A DNA stretch of 64,000 bases from Promethearchaeia archaeon (lineage in GTDB: Archaea; Asgardarchaeota; Lokiarchaeia; Sigyniarchaeales; SOKP01): positions 50,449 to 114,448 of the forward strand of contig JAHQWH010000193.1 in the NCBI GenBank assembly GCA_029856105.1, read 5' to 3'. The notes below the pieces were generated by a model. It saw nothing but the letters and a program-made list of their open reading frames with translations, did no database searches and was not told where the DNA came from. Each line of letters opens with the position of its first letter. Position 1 is the stretch's first letter. Position numbers and translations under genes: made by a program. This document shows positions 9,867 to 20,352 of the stretch, piece after piece.

Positions 9867-12500
9867 TTAGTTAATTAAATCAATTCTCTCGTCTTTTTCT
9901 TTAACAACTAATTTAATTAACAATATTCCAAAAACAGTTGGAAGAATTCCGACACCTATTACTGCAAATAAAATAAGTTGACCCATATTCTCAAAACTCA
10001 CAAATAAAAATAGTTGTCCAACAGAATCTATGAGATAGTGCGCAATTATGCTAGGTATTATACTCTTAGTTTTGAGAAACATGTATCCGAAGAGAAACCC
10101 TAATAGAGCCGCGTATATTACTTGTAAAATTGTTAGAACCAAATATCTCCCAACTAATAAATTAACAAAATGAAATAATCCAAATAATACGGATACTATT
10201 ATCCACGTTGTTCTTTGAGAATATCTCCTTAAATTTAATTTAGTGATTACACCCCTAAATGCTACTTCCTCCCATATCCCTGGAATCAACATTATAATAA
10301 ATAAAAACCATCCAAAGAGCGCAATACTAGAACCAGGGGTTCCAAAAATCACCTCTAAATCAAAGATATAATGCCCGAAAAGATTAGCTGTAATATAAGT
10401 GCTAATGAAAAATATAATAGAACATCCAATTCCAAGCATGATATTGCGAACTATTTTATTATCAAATTTCAACCCAATGTTTTTTACGAATTCTTTTAGA
10501 GATTGTTTTCCCTCTGGAAGATTTAAGGAGCGTGGAACAATTAATAACCAAAATAATGCCATTACTCCAAAAGTGACAAAGAAATCAAAAAAGAGTAACG
10601 CAATAAAGGGGATATCTACGAAAATATCTACGATAATGATTAAAGGTAATTCAATAAATATTGGTAAAAATAAGAATCCCGCATATAATAACAATAGAAT
10701 TCCTGTACCAAAGATAGGGTATTTTCTGAAGCCTTCCCTTATACTTATCATTATCTTCTTTCCTAGTACTTTTGGAAACATGCCATTAAATGAAATTAGT
10801 AAAATGCCCAAAGAGAACAAGCCCGCAATAAAAGTTACTAAAAACATCAAACTGGCACCGTAAAAAATTAATAATATGCCCCCTAAGACGTTAAATGCTA
10901 AGTAAATCAAATGTAAACCAACTCCTATTATAATCCATTTAATTACTTTTTTTTCTGGATTAACTTCCTCAACAACAAATTTATATTTCATTCTACCGAA
11001 AAATCGAATTTTCAATTGGAACATGGATAATAGCAATGTTAATACTACTGGATACCATGCAATAAACGACAGCAAATAGTTTAAAAATTCGGGATTTCCA
11101 ATAAACAGAAAAATCGGTAGGAAATAAGAAATCGTCTGAATTGAACCCAATAAAAACAATTTCGCTTTAGCTTGGTCGCGAGGATTAATTGGTAAAGATG
11201 AGAGTATTGCCGCCCCAGAATCTTCCATATTTAAAAATGCTGAAGTAAGCATCATTGAAACCATGGGTTGGTACATAGTTAGAAAAGACCAAATTACAAT
11301 ATAGTCTTCATAATAAGAAGCGCCTAGTCCGCTTGAACTCATCAAAAGGGGAATTAAAGTTATAAAAGGGAAGATGAAAGGTATAATTACAAACATAAAT
11401 GTTTGCATATCTCTTGTCGTAGTAGATAAATCCTTACGAATATAAGCTTTTATTGGGGATCGTGATTCAATAAGCACTTCTATTTCTTTTTCAGGTTTTT
11501 TTTTGGAAGTAGTCTTTTTTTTTGTTTCAAGTGCGGCTGAAGAAGTTACTATCCGCATTGACTTTAACGCTCTTTTATAGGCGAATCGGGTTAATAATAT
11601 GGAGAGCGCGACTCCTAAAATAGTAGTAATCCAAAAAATAGCAGAAAAACTCGTTGGTTCAATAGCCAATGTTAATAAATTAGTTGATGCAAAAGGAAAC
11701 GGGATTAAACTCATAATGATTTTTACTATAAAGGGAATTTCAAGTGAAGCGCTTAAATAAAATAATTCACTCGAAACAGTTATTATCCATTGAATAAAAA
11801 ACGAAGCGGAAAATATTACGATTACATAACTCAACATAGTAAATATACGGATAAGTGTCGCCTTCTTAGAACCTGCTTCGCTAACTTTTAATACGCGACT
11901 AATCCTTTCTGCTATTAAAACCAGTACGCTAAAAGAAAACATAACGTTAATTATAGAAACAAATGCAGCAATTAAAGCCAATATTATATTTAGAGATATG
12001 ATGAACATTATAACAGGAAAAGCAAGAGTCATAGTTATAAGTCCGATATCTAAATTGCGAAAAACCGTCATAAATCCTAATTTCCTTAATTTATCCTTAG
12101 AGATGGGTAGGGTCTCGTACCACCTAAAAGCCTCTCCAGACATCATAGCCGCAATACTGAACATCCCCAACATTGTTAAATATAATAATTGCATAATAAA
12201 AAATGCTCCAAAAAGAATACTTCCGGGGATTAAGACCGAATCTGCAGAAATTAGAGGATTGCCAAGGGCGTATTTAGCTTCTAGATAAGTACTTATTGGT
12301 AAAAATGAGATAGATAAAAACAATCCTGAAAATATTATTTTGATAGCAATAACTTGTTGTTTAATAGATTTTTTATTTTTTTTGTATTTCTCCATAAGGC
12401 GGGCTTGGTTAGCTCCAGAAGATTGAACCTGCCCCTCCATCGTGATCTCTAAATTAGTGAATTTAGCCAGTTTATAGAGCGTTAAATCCTTTTCTGTCAT
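9867..12500 (-). CDS. ABC exporter permease-like protein fused to a C-terminal CPBP (Abi/CAAX) intramembrane protease
   Basis: Multi-TM N-terminal region with LPI/LxxLPI motifs; C-terminal WEEVAFRG, FGLFH and HYLID. Lies downstream of an ABC ATPase. Confidence 0.82.
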   Translation of the reverse strand: MTEKDLTLYKLAKFTNLEITMEGQVQSSGANQARLMEKYKKNKKSIKQQVIAIKIIFSGLFLSISFLPISTYLEAKYALGNPLISADSVLIPGSILFGAFFIMQLLYLTMLGMFSIAAMMSGEAFRWYETLPISKDKLRKLGFMTVFRNLDIGLITMTLAFPVIMFIISLNIILALIAAFVSIINVMFSFSVLVLIAERISRVLKVSEAGSKKATLIRIFTMLSYVIVIFSASFFIQWIITVSSELFYLSASLEIPFIVKIIMSLIPFPFASTNLLTLAIEPTSFSAIFWITTILGVALSILLTRFAYKRALKSMRIVTSSAALETKKKTTSKKKPEKEIEVLIESRSPIKAYIRKDLSTTTRDMQTFMFVIIPFIFPFITLIPLLMSSSGLGASYYEDYIVIWSFLTMYQPMVSMMLTSAFLNMEDSGAAILSSLPINPRDQAKAKLFLLGSIQTISYFLPIFLFIGNPEFLNYLLSFIAWYPVVLTLLLSMFQLKIRFFGRMKYKFVVEEVNPEKKVIKWIIIGVGLHLIYLAFNVLGGILLIFYGASLMFLVTFIAGLFSLGILLISFNGMFPKVLGKKIMISIREGFRKYPIFGTGILLLLYAGFLFLPIFIELPLIIIVDIFVDIPFIALLFFDFFVTFGVMALFWLLIVPRSLNLPEGKQSLKEFVKNIGLKFDNKIVRNIMLGIGCSIIFFISTYITANLFGHYIFDLEVIFGTPGSSIALFGWFLFIIMLIPGIWEEVAFRGVITKLNLRRYSQRTTWIIVSVLFGLFHFVNLLVGRYLVLTILQVIYAALLGFLFGYMFLKTKSIIPSIIAHYLIDSVGQLFLFVSFENMGQLILFAVIGVGILPTVFGILLIKLVVKEKDERIDLIN

Positions 12501-12514
12501 AAAAATGAATCACC

Positions 12515-13312
12515 TTATTTTTTGGTGTTTTTAAAAGATTTTCGCAATTTTTTAACAATTTCGTTGACGCTCGTATCTTGTTCTGTCAATCTTAAGAAAA
12601 CGTCTTCTAAACTCGCACCTAACTTGTCGGCTTGCTGTCGAAGTTCGTCCATCGTTCCAATTCCAACCAATTTTCCCTTACTCATTATTGCTATTCGGTT
12701 ACATAAATCTTCTGCTATTTCCATGATATGGGTAGAAAAAAGAACGGAACCTCCTTTCTCAATATGTATATCCAATATTTCTTTAACAACTCTTACGGAC
12801 TTCGCGTCAAGTCCTGCCAAAGGCTCGTCTAAAATTAGTAAATCTGGGTCGTGAAGAATTGCCGAAATAATTTGAATTTTCTGCTTATTCCCGTGGGATA
12901 AAGTTGCTACTAATTGTTCGTAATAATCCAAGGCTCCCAAACTTTCCAGATACTCTTTCGCTCGCTCTGTGGTTTCCTCTGCGTCTAATCTACGAATAGA
13001 AGCTATAAAATTAAACAAATCTTTAGGCGTGAGGGATTTGAATATGAGGGGCTCTTCTGAGACATAGCCTACTCGACTCTTAATTTGGACCTCATCTGTT
13101 TCTGGGTTTAAGCCCATTATAGTTATATTTCCTTCTTTGGGCTCTAATAACCCTAACAACATTTTTAAAGTAGTTGTCTTACCCGCTCCGTTCGGCCCTA
13201 AGAGCCCGAAAACTTCACCCTTTTTTACGTCAAAGGATATTCCATTTACTGCTTTAACATCCCCAAAAAACTTTTTCAATTCGTTAACAGAAATCATAAC
13301 ATTATCGTTCAT
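12515..13312 (-). CDS. ABC transporter ATP-binding protein
   Basis: GPNGAGKTT, LSHGNKQK signature, LILDEP and STH. Confidence 0.95.
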   Translation of the reverse strand: MNDNVMISVNELKKFFGDVKAVNGISFDVKKGEVFGLLGPNGAGKTTTLKMLLGLLEPKEGNITIMGLNPETDEVQIKSRVGYVSEEPLIFKSLTPKDLFNFIASIRRLDAEETTERAKEYLESLGALDYYEQLVATLSHGNKQKIQIISAILHDPDLLILDEPLAGLDAKSVRVVKEILDIHIEKGGSVLFSTHIMEIAEDLCNRIAIMSKGKLVGIGTMDELRQQADKLGASLEDVFLRLTEQDTSVNEIVKKLRKSFKNTKK

Positions 13313-13345
13313 TCTTTATCACTCTAACAAAATTATACAAAATTT

Positions 13346-15988
13346 TTAATATTTTTTAAATTGTAAATCTTTTTTTTTCTCTTTCCTAAAAAGTAATTTT
13401 ATAAAGAGAATATTTAAAATTGTTGGGATTACGCCAACAAACCCGATTAAATATATTCCAATAATAAATATATTTTCTATATAACAGCTCATCAAGATTA
13501 GACCTACTGTATCAATTAAATAATGATATATGATAGATGGAAGCAGACTTTTAGTTTTTATAAACATATATCCCATCGAAAAACCAATTAAAGTCGCGTA
13601 TATGACTTGAAATACTGCTAATAAGGGATCTAGTCCTGATAATAAAACAAATGTGAGATTAGGCGCATGTACTAATCCAAAAATTACGCCACTAATTAGA
13701 ATCGATATTATTTGCTTATATTTTCTTGAAAGGAGGGGTAAAATAACACCTCGAAAAGCTACTTCTTCCCATAATCCTGGTCTAATCATAAAAATCCAAA
13801 TAAACCAACCAAAACTAGCGACTCCAGGAATCAAAGGGTTTGGATCTCTAAATAAGAATTCAGGGGTCCAAATAAAAGTTCCTAAAAGATTAGCGCCAAT
13901 CCATACAACGATACTAAAAATTGCAAAAGAAACTAATCCAATAAGGAGATTTCGGCCTAAAGGTTTAACCTTAGTTAATCCGATTGTTCTAAAATAATCG
14001 CTAATCTTTTCATCTCTACAAGGTAATTTCAACCCCTTTGGAACTACTAAAAGAAATAAGAGTATTAGAAACCCCTCTATGAGAAAAAATTCAACAAATA
14101 ATATTCCCACAAATGGTAGCGTTAATAAAAACGGGAGAAAAATAATCTCAATAATACTTGCGAGATTTAGAAAAATTGTAAATAATACTAATACTACTAA
14201 TCCACCTAGAATCGGTTTGTTTCTTAATAACCCTCGTGTTTCAAATAATGGTAGTTTGTCAGCCTTTGGGAACATTTTTGAAAAAATATAAACAACCATT
14301 GATAACCCAACCAATCCTATGATAAACAACGCTATTATTGAAGTTGTAATCCCTACACTAACGAATAATGTAAAACCGATAATTAATATAAATATACATA
14401 TAGCTACATCAGCACCAATCATCAAAAGCCATTTCTCTATTTTATGTTTTTTATTTACTTCCTCAAGAACATATTTGTATTTCATTGTACTGAATAATCG
14501 AATCTTCATTTCGAATACAAATAGTAGAAACATCCAAACAATTGGTAAGCTGCTTAGAAATAGGATTAGAACTATAATCGATTGAGTTAGAATCGTTAGA
14601 AGTGTAGCCATTAAAATTAATGAAATTCCTTGGATAATTAGCATCAATATTAATTTGCCTTTAGCTTGGTCGCGTGGTAAAAGGGGCAATGAAGCAAGAG
14701 TGGATGAACCTGATTCTTCAAGATTTAATAATCCTCCAACAAGCATAAATGGTATAAATTGACTAGCCACCAAAATAATTGCCCATAATATCATAATACT
14801 AAAGGTAGATGATACTTCTCTAGTTATTACAGTTTGCATCGAAAGAACCATAATTATAGGATAGAGAAGAGGCATAAGAATAAAAATTAAAGATTGATAA
14901 TCCCGCGTTGAAGATATTAAATCCTTACGAATATAAGATTTGACGGGAGACTTCGTTTTTATTTCAATTTCAATAGTTTTTGTTATTGTCTTAGATTTCT
15001 TTTTTTTCTTAACAGAATCTTTTTCAATAATGGCTACGCTATTTAAAGATTTTATAGCTACTTTATACAAAAGAAAAGCGATTACTGCTAGAATTGCCGT
15101 TCCTATTAGGCTTGATATCCATAAATTTAGAGGAACTTGTCCCGGCGCTAAACTTAAGCCAACTAAATAGCCGGGCGCAAACGGTAAGGGAATAAAACTC
15201 AATATTATATTTAAATCCATTGAGGGCGGATTTATACTAAAATTATCAATAAGAGATACTATAGAATTCATTCCAAATTGTAAAACAAAACTTGAGCCAA
15301 AAGCTAAAAGAAAAAACCCCATCATAGAGACAGTTCTTAAAATATTTGCTTTTTTTGATTTTCCACTTGATTCAGAAAAAAGTCGGCTAAATCTCTCTGC
15401 AACAAAAATCAAAATACTTACACCTAATATTGTAATGAAGAATGATGATATAACACTTAAAATAAAAGTTAAAAAACTCTGAGTTATTATAAGTAAAACA
15501 ATTGGAAAAGCAAAAGTCATTACAATTATCGGGGCGCTTAAATTTCGGAATAATGTCATAAATCCTAATTTTTTTAAATCATTTCGAGATATTGGTAAGG
15601 TTTGTAACCATTTGAAGGAGTTACCTGACATTAAAGAACTAGTGGTAAACAACCCAAATAGAAAGATATATAGGATAGATATTGTTAAAAATATCCACAT
15701 AAAAAAACTATAGAGAAAGATTTGTCCTTCTATAGGGTATGAAGGATATATCCCCTCGGTAATTTCAAAATATAAAATAATTGACATAAATGGCATGAAC
15801 ATCATAACGAAAGCAGAAGCAAACTTTAGCGCAATCGATTGATTTTTTATATATTTATTATTTTTCTCAGACTTTTCAAGTACTTTAGATTGATGAGCAC
15901 CAGAAGAAGCTAACATAGAATCCATAATCATCTCGTAATTAGTGAATTTTGATAGTGAGAAACAGCTTAATTTCTTCTTATCTTCCAT
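13346..15988 (-). CDS. Second ABC permease-CPBP protease fusion (paralog of 9867-12500)
   Basis: Same architecture, with WEEVAFRG, FGLVH and HYLID. Shares YIRKDL, LPxxPRDQAKxKL and MKYKxVxEEVN motifs with the first copy. Confidence 0.82.
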   Translation of the reverse strand: MEDKKKLSCFSLSKFTNYEMIMDSMLASSGAHQSKVLEKSEKNNKYIKNQSIALKFASAFVMMFMPFMSIILYFEITEGIYPSYPIEGQIFLYSFFMWIFLTISILYIFLFGLFTTSSLMSGNSFKWLQTLPISRNDLKKLGFMTLFRNLSAPIIVMTFAFPIVLLIITQSFLTFILSVISSFFITILGVSILIFVAERFSRLFSESSGKSKKANILRTVSMMGFFLLAFGSSFVLQFGMNSIVSLIDNFSINPPSMDLNIILSFIPLPFAPGYLVGLSLAPGQVPLNLWISSLIGTAILAVIAFLLYKVAIKSLNSVAIIEKDSVKKKKKSKTITKTIEIEIKTKSPVKSYIRKDLISSTRDYQSLIFILMPLLYPIIMVLSMQTVITREVSSTFSIMILWAIILVASQFIPFMLVGGLLNLEESGSSTLASLPLLPRDQAKGKLILMLIIQGISLILMATLLTILTQSIIVLILFLSSLPIVWMFLLFVFEMKIRLFSTMKYKYVLEEVNKKHKIEKWLLMIGADVAICIFILIIGFTLFVSVGITTSIIALFIIGLVGLSMVVYIFSKMFPKADKLPLFETRGLLRNKPILGGLVVLVLFTIFLNLASIIEIIFLPFLLTLPFVGILFVEFFLIEGFLILLFLLVVPKGLKLPCRDEKISDYFRTIGLTKVKPLGRNLLIGLVSFAIFSIVVWIGANLLGTFIWTPEFLFRDPNPLIPGVASFGWFIWIFMIRPGLWEEVAFRGVILPLLSRKYKQIISILISGVIFGLVHAPNLTFVLLSGLDPLLAVFQVIYATLIGFSMGYMFIKTKSLLPSIIYHYLIDTVGLILMSCYIENIFIIGIYLIGFVGVIPTILNILFIKLLFRKEKKKDLQFKKY

Positions 15989-15989
15989 T

Positions 15990-16796
15990 TTAACCCGTCT
16001 CCTTGATTTTTTTCTTATATGACGCCCTTAACTTCTTAACAATCTCTTCTACGGAAGAATCTTGTTCAGTTAATCTAAGAAAAACCTCTTCCAAACTCGC
16101 ACCCAATTTATCTGCTTGTTGTCGAAGCTCGTCTATAGTTCCAAGTCCTACTAACTTACCCCTGTTTATTATTGCTATACGATCGCACAAATCTTCTGCG
16201 ATTTCCATGATATGGGTAGAAAAAAGAACGGAACCTCCTTTCTCAATATGCATATCTAAGATTTCTTTTACTACCCTAACAGATTTAGCATCAAGTCCGG
16301 CTATTGGCTCGTCTAAAATTAAAAGCTCTGGTTCATGAAGTATAGAGGCAATAATTTGCATTTTTTGCTTGTTTCCGTGTGATAATGTAGAAATCAATTG
16401 TCCATAATACTCCACAGCGCCTAGGCTTTCTAAATACCTTTGTACGCGTTCTGTGGTTTCCTCTGCGTCTAACTTACGAATAGAAGCAACAAAATTAAAC
16501 AAGTCTTTAGGCGTGAGCGATTTAAATATAAATGGCTCTTCTGACACATAGCCTACTTTCTCTTTCATTTGAACCTCTTCACGCTCTGGATTTAAACCAA
16601 AAATACTGATATTTCCTTCTAATGGTTCAAGTAGTCCTAAAAGAAGTTTAATTGTAGTTGTTTTCCCAGCTCCGTTTGGGCCTAAAAGACCGAAAACTTC
16701 ACCCTTTTTTACATCAAAAGAAATACCATTAACAGCTTTAACCTCACCAAAATACTTTTTCAAATCTCGAACGGAGATCGTTAAATTATCATTCAT
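15990..16796 (-). CDS. ABC transporter ATP-binding protein (paralog of 12515-13312)
   Basis: Walker A/B and signature motifs; closely similar to the other copy. Confidence 0.95.
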   Translation of the reverse strand: MNDNLTISVRDLKKYFGEVKAVNGISFDVKKGEVFGLLGPNGAGKTTTIKLLLGLLEPLEGNISIFGLNPEREEVQMKEKVGYVSEEPFIFKSLTPKDLFNFVASIRKLDAEETTERVQRYLESLGAVEYYGQLISTLSHGNKQKMQIIASILHEPELLILDEPIAGLDAKSVRVVKEILDMHIEKGGSVLFSTHIMEIAEDLCDRIAIINRGKLVGLGTIDELRQQADKLGASLEEVFLRLTEQDSSVEEIVKKLRASYKKKIKETG

Positions 16797-17051
16797 TTTT
16801 AATATTTCCTTGAATTTTAAGTTGAATATTTAGGTAATAATCTTAATTTAACTTAACTTTTATTAATATATTTTTTAATATATTACTATATTTCTTCAAT
16901 ATATAAATGTTATGACTAATGTTTTACCTTTATAAATTGACGTTCTAACAGAGGAACAATATAATATATGAGAATATATTACAATATATAAAATAACAAC
17001 TTAGGATTTCAATATTGATATTACTGAAAATTAGGTTTGATAATTTATGAT

Positions 17052-17996
17052 TTATTTTTCTTTTTGCTTAACAATTATAACGATCGATACGACAATGATA
17101 ACAAGTCCTATTAAATGAAAGATTGTAAATAGTTCTCCTAAAAATAACGTAGCAAATATCGCAGTAATAATTGGCGTTGGCGAAAAAAGGATTGTTGCCT
17201 TCGAAACATCTAAATATGAGAGCGTTTTGTACCAGCAATATAATCCCGCCCCATAAACGGTTCCCATTGAGATGTAATAGAATTGGTTGATTGGTACAAA
17301 TAATAGGCTAATATTCTCGAAAGGAAAGAATAGAAAATAAGTAGAAAATAAAATAATACCACTCAAAATATTTCTAATAAAAACCATCTGAGTCGGAGTA
17401 GCTTCATTTCGAACAAAAACCGGCTTAGTAATTGAATGTCCAAACATCCATAAACAAGTAATAAATAACATAATCAACACGCCACTCAAGATATCTAAAC
17501 TAAAAGTTAAGAGATTAAATGATCCTTGCGAAATAGCAAGGATTAACCCAAAAAATAAAATCGTTGAAAAAATTATTTGTACTTTAGTTATCCGCTCTTT
17601 TAAAATTAGAAAACCAAAAATCAAACTAAAAAAGACTGTTGTTTTTTGAGTAAGAGACCCATTAATTGCTCCTGCTAATTCATATCCTATAAAAAATAGT
17701 AGTTGGTTAAAACCAAAGATTATTCCAATAAATAGAAAGAGCCAAATATTTTTTCTCCAGTTTTTAATCATGGAATTGGTATGATTGGTACTTGCATTAT
17801 TATTCTTAGCTAGATTCACTTTTTTCTCTATAATAATTAATGGTAAGAAAAGCGCTGCTTCTACTAAACAAGTCATTACGGCGAAAATGTGAGCATCAAG
17901 CGCAACTGGGCGGCTGTTAGCAATTATTGGTTGAAAACCTACAAAAATATTCCCAATAACCCCGAAAATTAAACCTTTCTTTAAGTTGGTGTTCAA
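17052..17996 (-). CDS. DMT/EamA-family transporter
   Basis: About 10 TM helices; FSLIFGFLILKERI and FATLFLGE motifs. Confidence 0.88.
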   Translation of the reverse strand: MNTNLKKGLIFGVIGNIFVGFQPIIANSRPVALDAHIFAVMTCLVEAALFLPLIIIEKKVNLAKNNNASTNHTNSMIKNWRKNIWLFLFIGIIFGFNQLLFFIGYELAGAINGSLTQKTTVFFSLIFGFLILKERITKVQIIFSTILFFGLILAISQGSFNLLTFSLDILSGVLIMLFITCLWMFGHSITKPVFVRNEATPTQMVFIRNILSGIILFSTYFLFFPFENISLLFVPINQFYYISMGTVYGAGLYCWYKTLSYLDVSKATILFSPTPIITAIFATLFLGELFTIFHLIGLVIIVVSIVIIVKQKEK

Positions 17997-18114
17997 GATA
18001 TTTAAGATAAGGTATAAAAAATTAAAAAGTTTTACAACTAAAAAGAGTAGAAAAGTCTAAACCTCGATATAAAGAAAAAATACTATTAAATATTCCTATG
18101 TTGAAATATTAATT

Positions 18115-19275
18115 ATGAATAGTTTCGAACGAATATGGGCAGCTTTAAATCTCGAAGAACCCGATAGAATTCCAACACATACGATAAATATCGATGGTAA
18201 TGTTGCTGATAAGATCATAGGTCGTCCAGAAAGAACTGCGTTTGATGTATTTGACGATTTGGAAAAACAATACCCAGATGATTGGCTTGATAAAATCAAT
18301 TCTATCATTGTCGATATTGAAATATCTACTTTTTCGAAAGCAGTTAGAGCGGGGTATGAAATAGGGTTTGATGGCGTTGGAGTACAATATATACCATTCA
18401 TCTTCGAAAGTCAGACAGAACTGACGGATGTATTTGGAAAGAGACATAAAGTAAGAAATATTGATGGAAACCCTTATCCAGATTATTATGGAGGATACAT
18501 TAAAAATCGAGATGATTGGGAAAAATATCCTAAGCCAGATATGAAACAGGAATTTAAAACTGCTAAAAAATTTTATAAAGGAGTTCTAAGAAAGTGTAGA
18601 GATATCAAAGACGATATTTGTATTATAGCTCAAAATGCTTTAACGTCAGTATTTCCACCTGTATGGCAAGGCATGGGAATGAATAACTTTGCTCGCGCTT
18701 TAAAGAACGACCCAAAATTAATTGAAGAACGTTTTCGATTTTGCACTGACTTCGTCTTGACCGTTTTTAGAGCGTATTCCGATTGTGGTGCAAAGATTTT
18801 TCTCGAAGGAGGGGACATAGCACATAAAGGAGGTCCAATGATGAGTCCAAAATACTTCAACAAATATCTTTTACCACGATACCAAGAAGTTTCAGAAGCT
18901 ATACATGATTGGGGCGGGAAATATATATTACACACAGATGGTGACGTTACTTCTCAATTAGATTTTATTGTTGAATCTGGTTTTGATGGCCTCCAATGCC
19001 TCGAACCTCCTTGGGTTGATCCTTATTTGGTTAAAAAGAAAGTTGGAGATAAATTATGCTTATCTGGAAACATTGATACAAAACATATCTTAGTCGATGC
19101 TACTAAACAGGAAGTAGAACAAGCCGTGGCGAATGCGATAAAAGCAATGGGTAAGGGGGGAGGATTTATGATATCTCCGGCTAACTTTCATCCAAACATG
19201 ACAGTTGATCGTTTAAAATGGATGATTGAAGCTGCTAATAAATTAGGCGTTTACCCCTTACATAATATTGAGTAA
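18115..19275 (+). CDS. Uroporphyrinogen decarboxylase / MtaA-CmuA methyltransferase superfamily protein
   Basis: N-terminal ERIWAALNLEEPDRIP, MMSPKYF, ILHTDG, LSGNIDT and GGGFMISP. Confidence 0.85.
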   Translation: MNSFERIWAALNLEEPDRIPTHTINIDGNVADKIIGRPERTAFDVFDDLEKQYPDDWLDKINSIIVDIEISTFSKAVRAGYEIGFDGVGVQYIPFIFESQTELTDVFGKRHKVRNIDGNPYPDYYGGYIKNRDDWEKYPKPDMKQEFKTAKKFYKGVLRKCRDIKDDICIIAQNALTSVFPPVWQGMGMNNFARALKNDPKLIEERFRFCTDFVLTVFRAYSDCGAKIFLEGGDIAHKGGPMMSPKYFNKYLLPRYQEVSEAIHDWGGKYILHTDGDVTSQLDFIVESGFDGLQCLEPPWVDPYLVKKKVGDKLCLSGNIDTKHILVDATKQEVEQAVANAIKAMGKGGGFMISPANFHPNMTVDRLKWMIEAANKLGVYPLHNIE

Positions 19276-19276
19276 A

Positions 19277-20251
19277 TTACTTTTTCTCATCAAGCATAAG
19301 ATTCTTTTTTAACTTTTTTTCTCTTACAATCATGTAAATTGAAATTATAATAATAATCATGCCTATTAAATGGAAGATTGTGAATATATCGTCCAGAATG
19401 ATCCAAGCGAATAAAGCTGTTATAATTGGTGTTACTGAATTTATTACGCCAGCTTTTCCTATTTGTATATAAGATAAAGTTTTATACCAAAGAAATAAGC
19501 TTACACTGTAATCTAGTCCCATCAGAAGATAATATATGAAATAATTAGGGTTGAATACAATATTTATTCTGTCTAGAGGAAAAAAAATGAAATATGTAGA
19601 AAATAAAATTATTCCACTTAACAGACTCCGGATAAAAACTACTTGAATAGGGGAGAGCTCATTTCTGTCGAATCTAGATTTAGTGAATGTGTGGACGAGA
19701 GTGAACAAGGCAACATCTATCAGTAAGATTAGAACTCCAACATTAAATTCAAGCAAATTAAAAGATCCCTGTGTTATTGCAATATATACTCCGAAGAATA
19801 GAATTGCGCAGAATAGAAGTTGAACTTTTGAAATACTTTTTTCTTTTAAAAATATGTAACCAAATAATAAAGCGAAAAAAACTTCACTCTTTAAAGTTAG
19901 TGAGCTATTTATTGCCCCTGCAAGGTCAAAACCCACAAATAATAGCACAGGGACGATTGAAAAGGTAATTCCTATTATTGCAAGAAACTTTAAGTTGGTT
20001 TTCTTTTTCCATCCGTTTAACAAGGAATATAACTTTTCATTTGAGTTTACATCTATTGACGATTTTAGTTTGTGTCTTTCAAGTACAAACAACGGAAAAA
20101 AGATTGTAGCCATAATTAAAGCTGTTACTGCAGCAAATATGTAAGAATCAATAACTGATGGTCTAGAATTGGCAATAATCGGTTGAAGAGAGATCCCTAA
20201 TACACCAATTGTGCCACAAATCAATCCTTTTCTTAAATTATAATTTTCCAT
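19277..20251 (-). CDS. DMT/EamA-family transporter (paralog of 17052-17996)
   Basis: Shares QPIIANSRP, LAGAIN and WYKTLSY with the other DMT gene. Confidence 0.88.
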   Translation of the reverse strand: MENYNLRKGLICGTIGVLGISLQPIIANSRPSVIDSYIFAAVTALIMATIFFPLFVLERHKLKSSIDVNSNEKLYSLLNGWKKKTNLKFLAIIGITFSIVPVLLFVGFDLAGAINSSLTLKSEVFFALLFGYIFLKEKSISKVQLLFCAILFFGVYIAITQGSFNLLEFNVGVLILLIDVALFTLVHTFTKSRFDRNELSPIQVVFIRSLLSGIILFSTYFIFFPLDRINIVFNPNYFIYYLLMGLDYSVSLFLWYKTLSYIQIGKAGVINSVTPIITALFAWIILDDIFTIFHLIGMIIIIISIYMIVREKKLKKNLMLDEKK

Positions 20252-20352
20252 TTGTCGTTTGTAAATTCAGATTTAATTGATACTAGTTAAAAAATAGTCT
20301 CTTTTTAAAATTTAAGTAATTAACAATTTAAACAAAAGAAAAGTAAAAAAGA

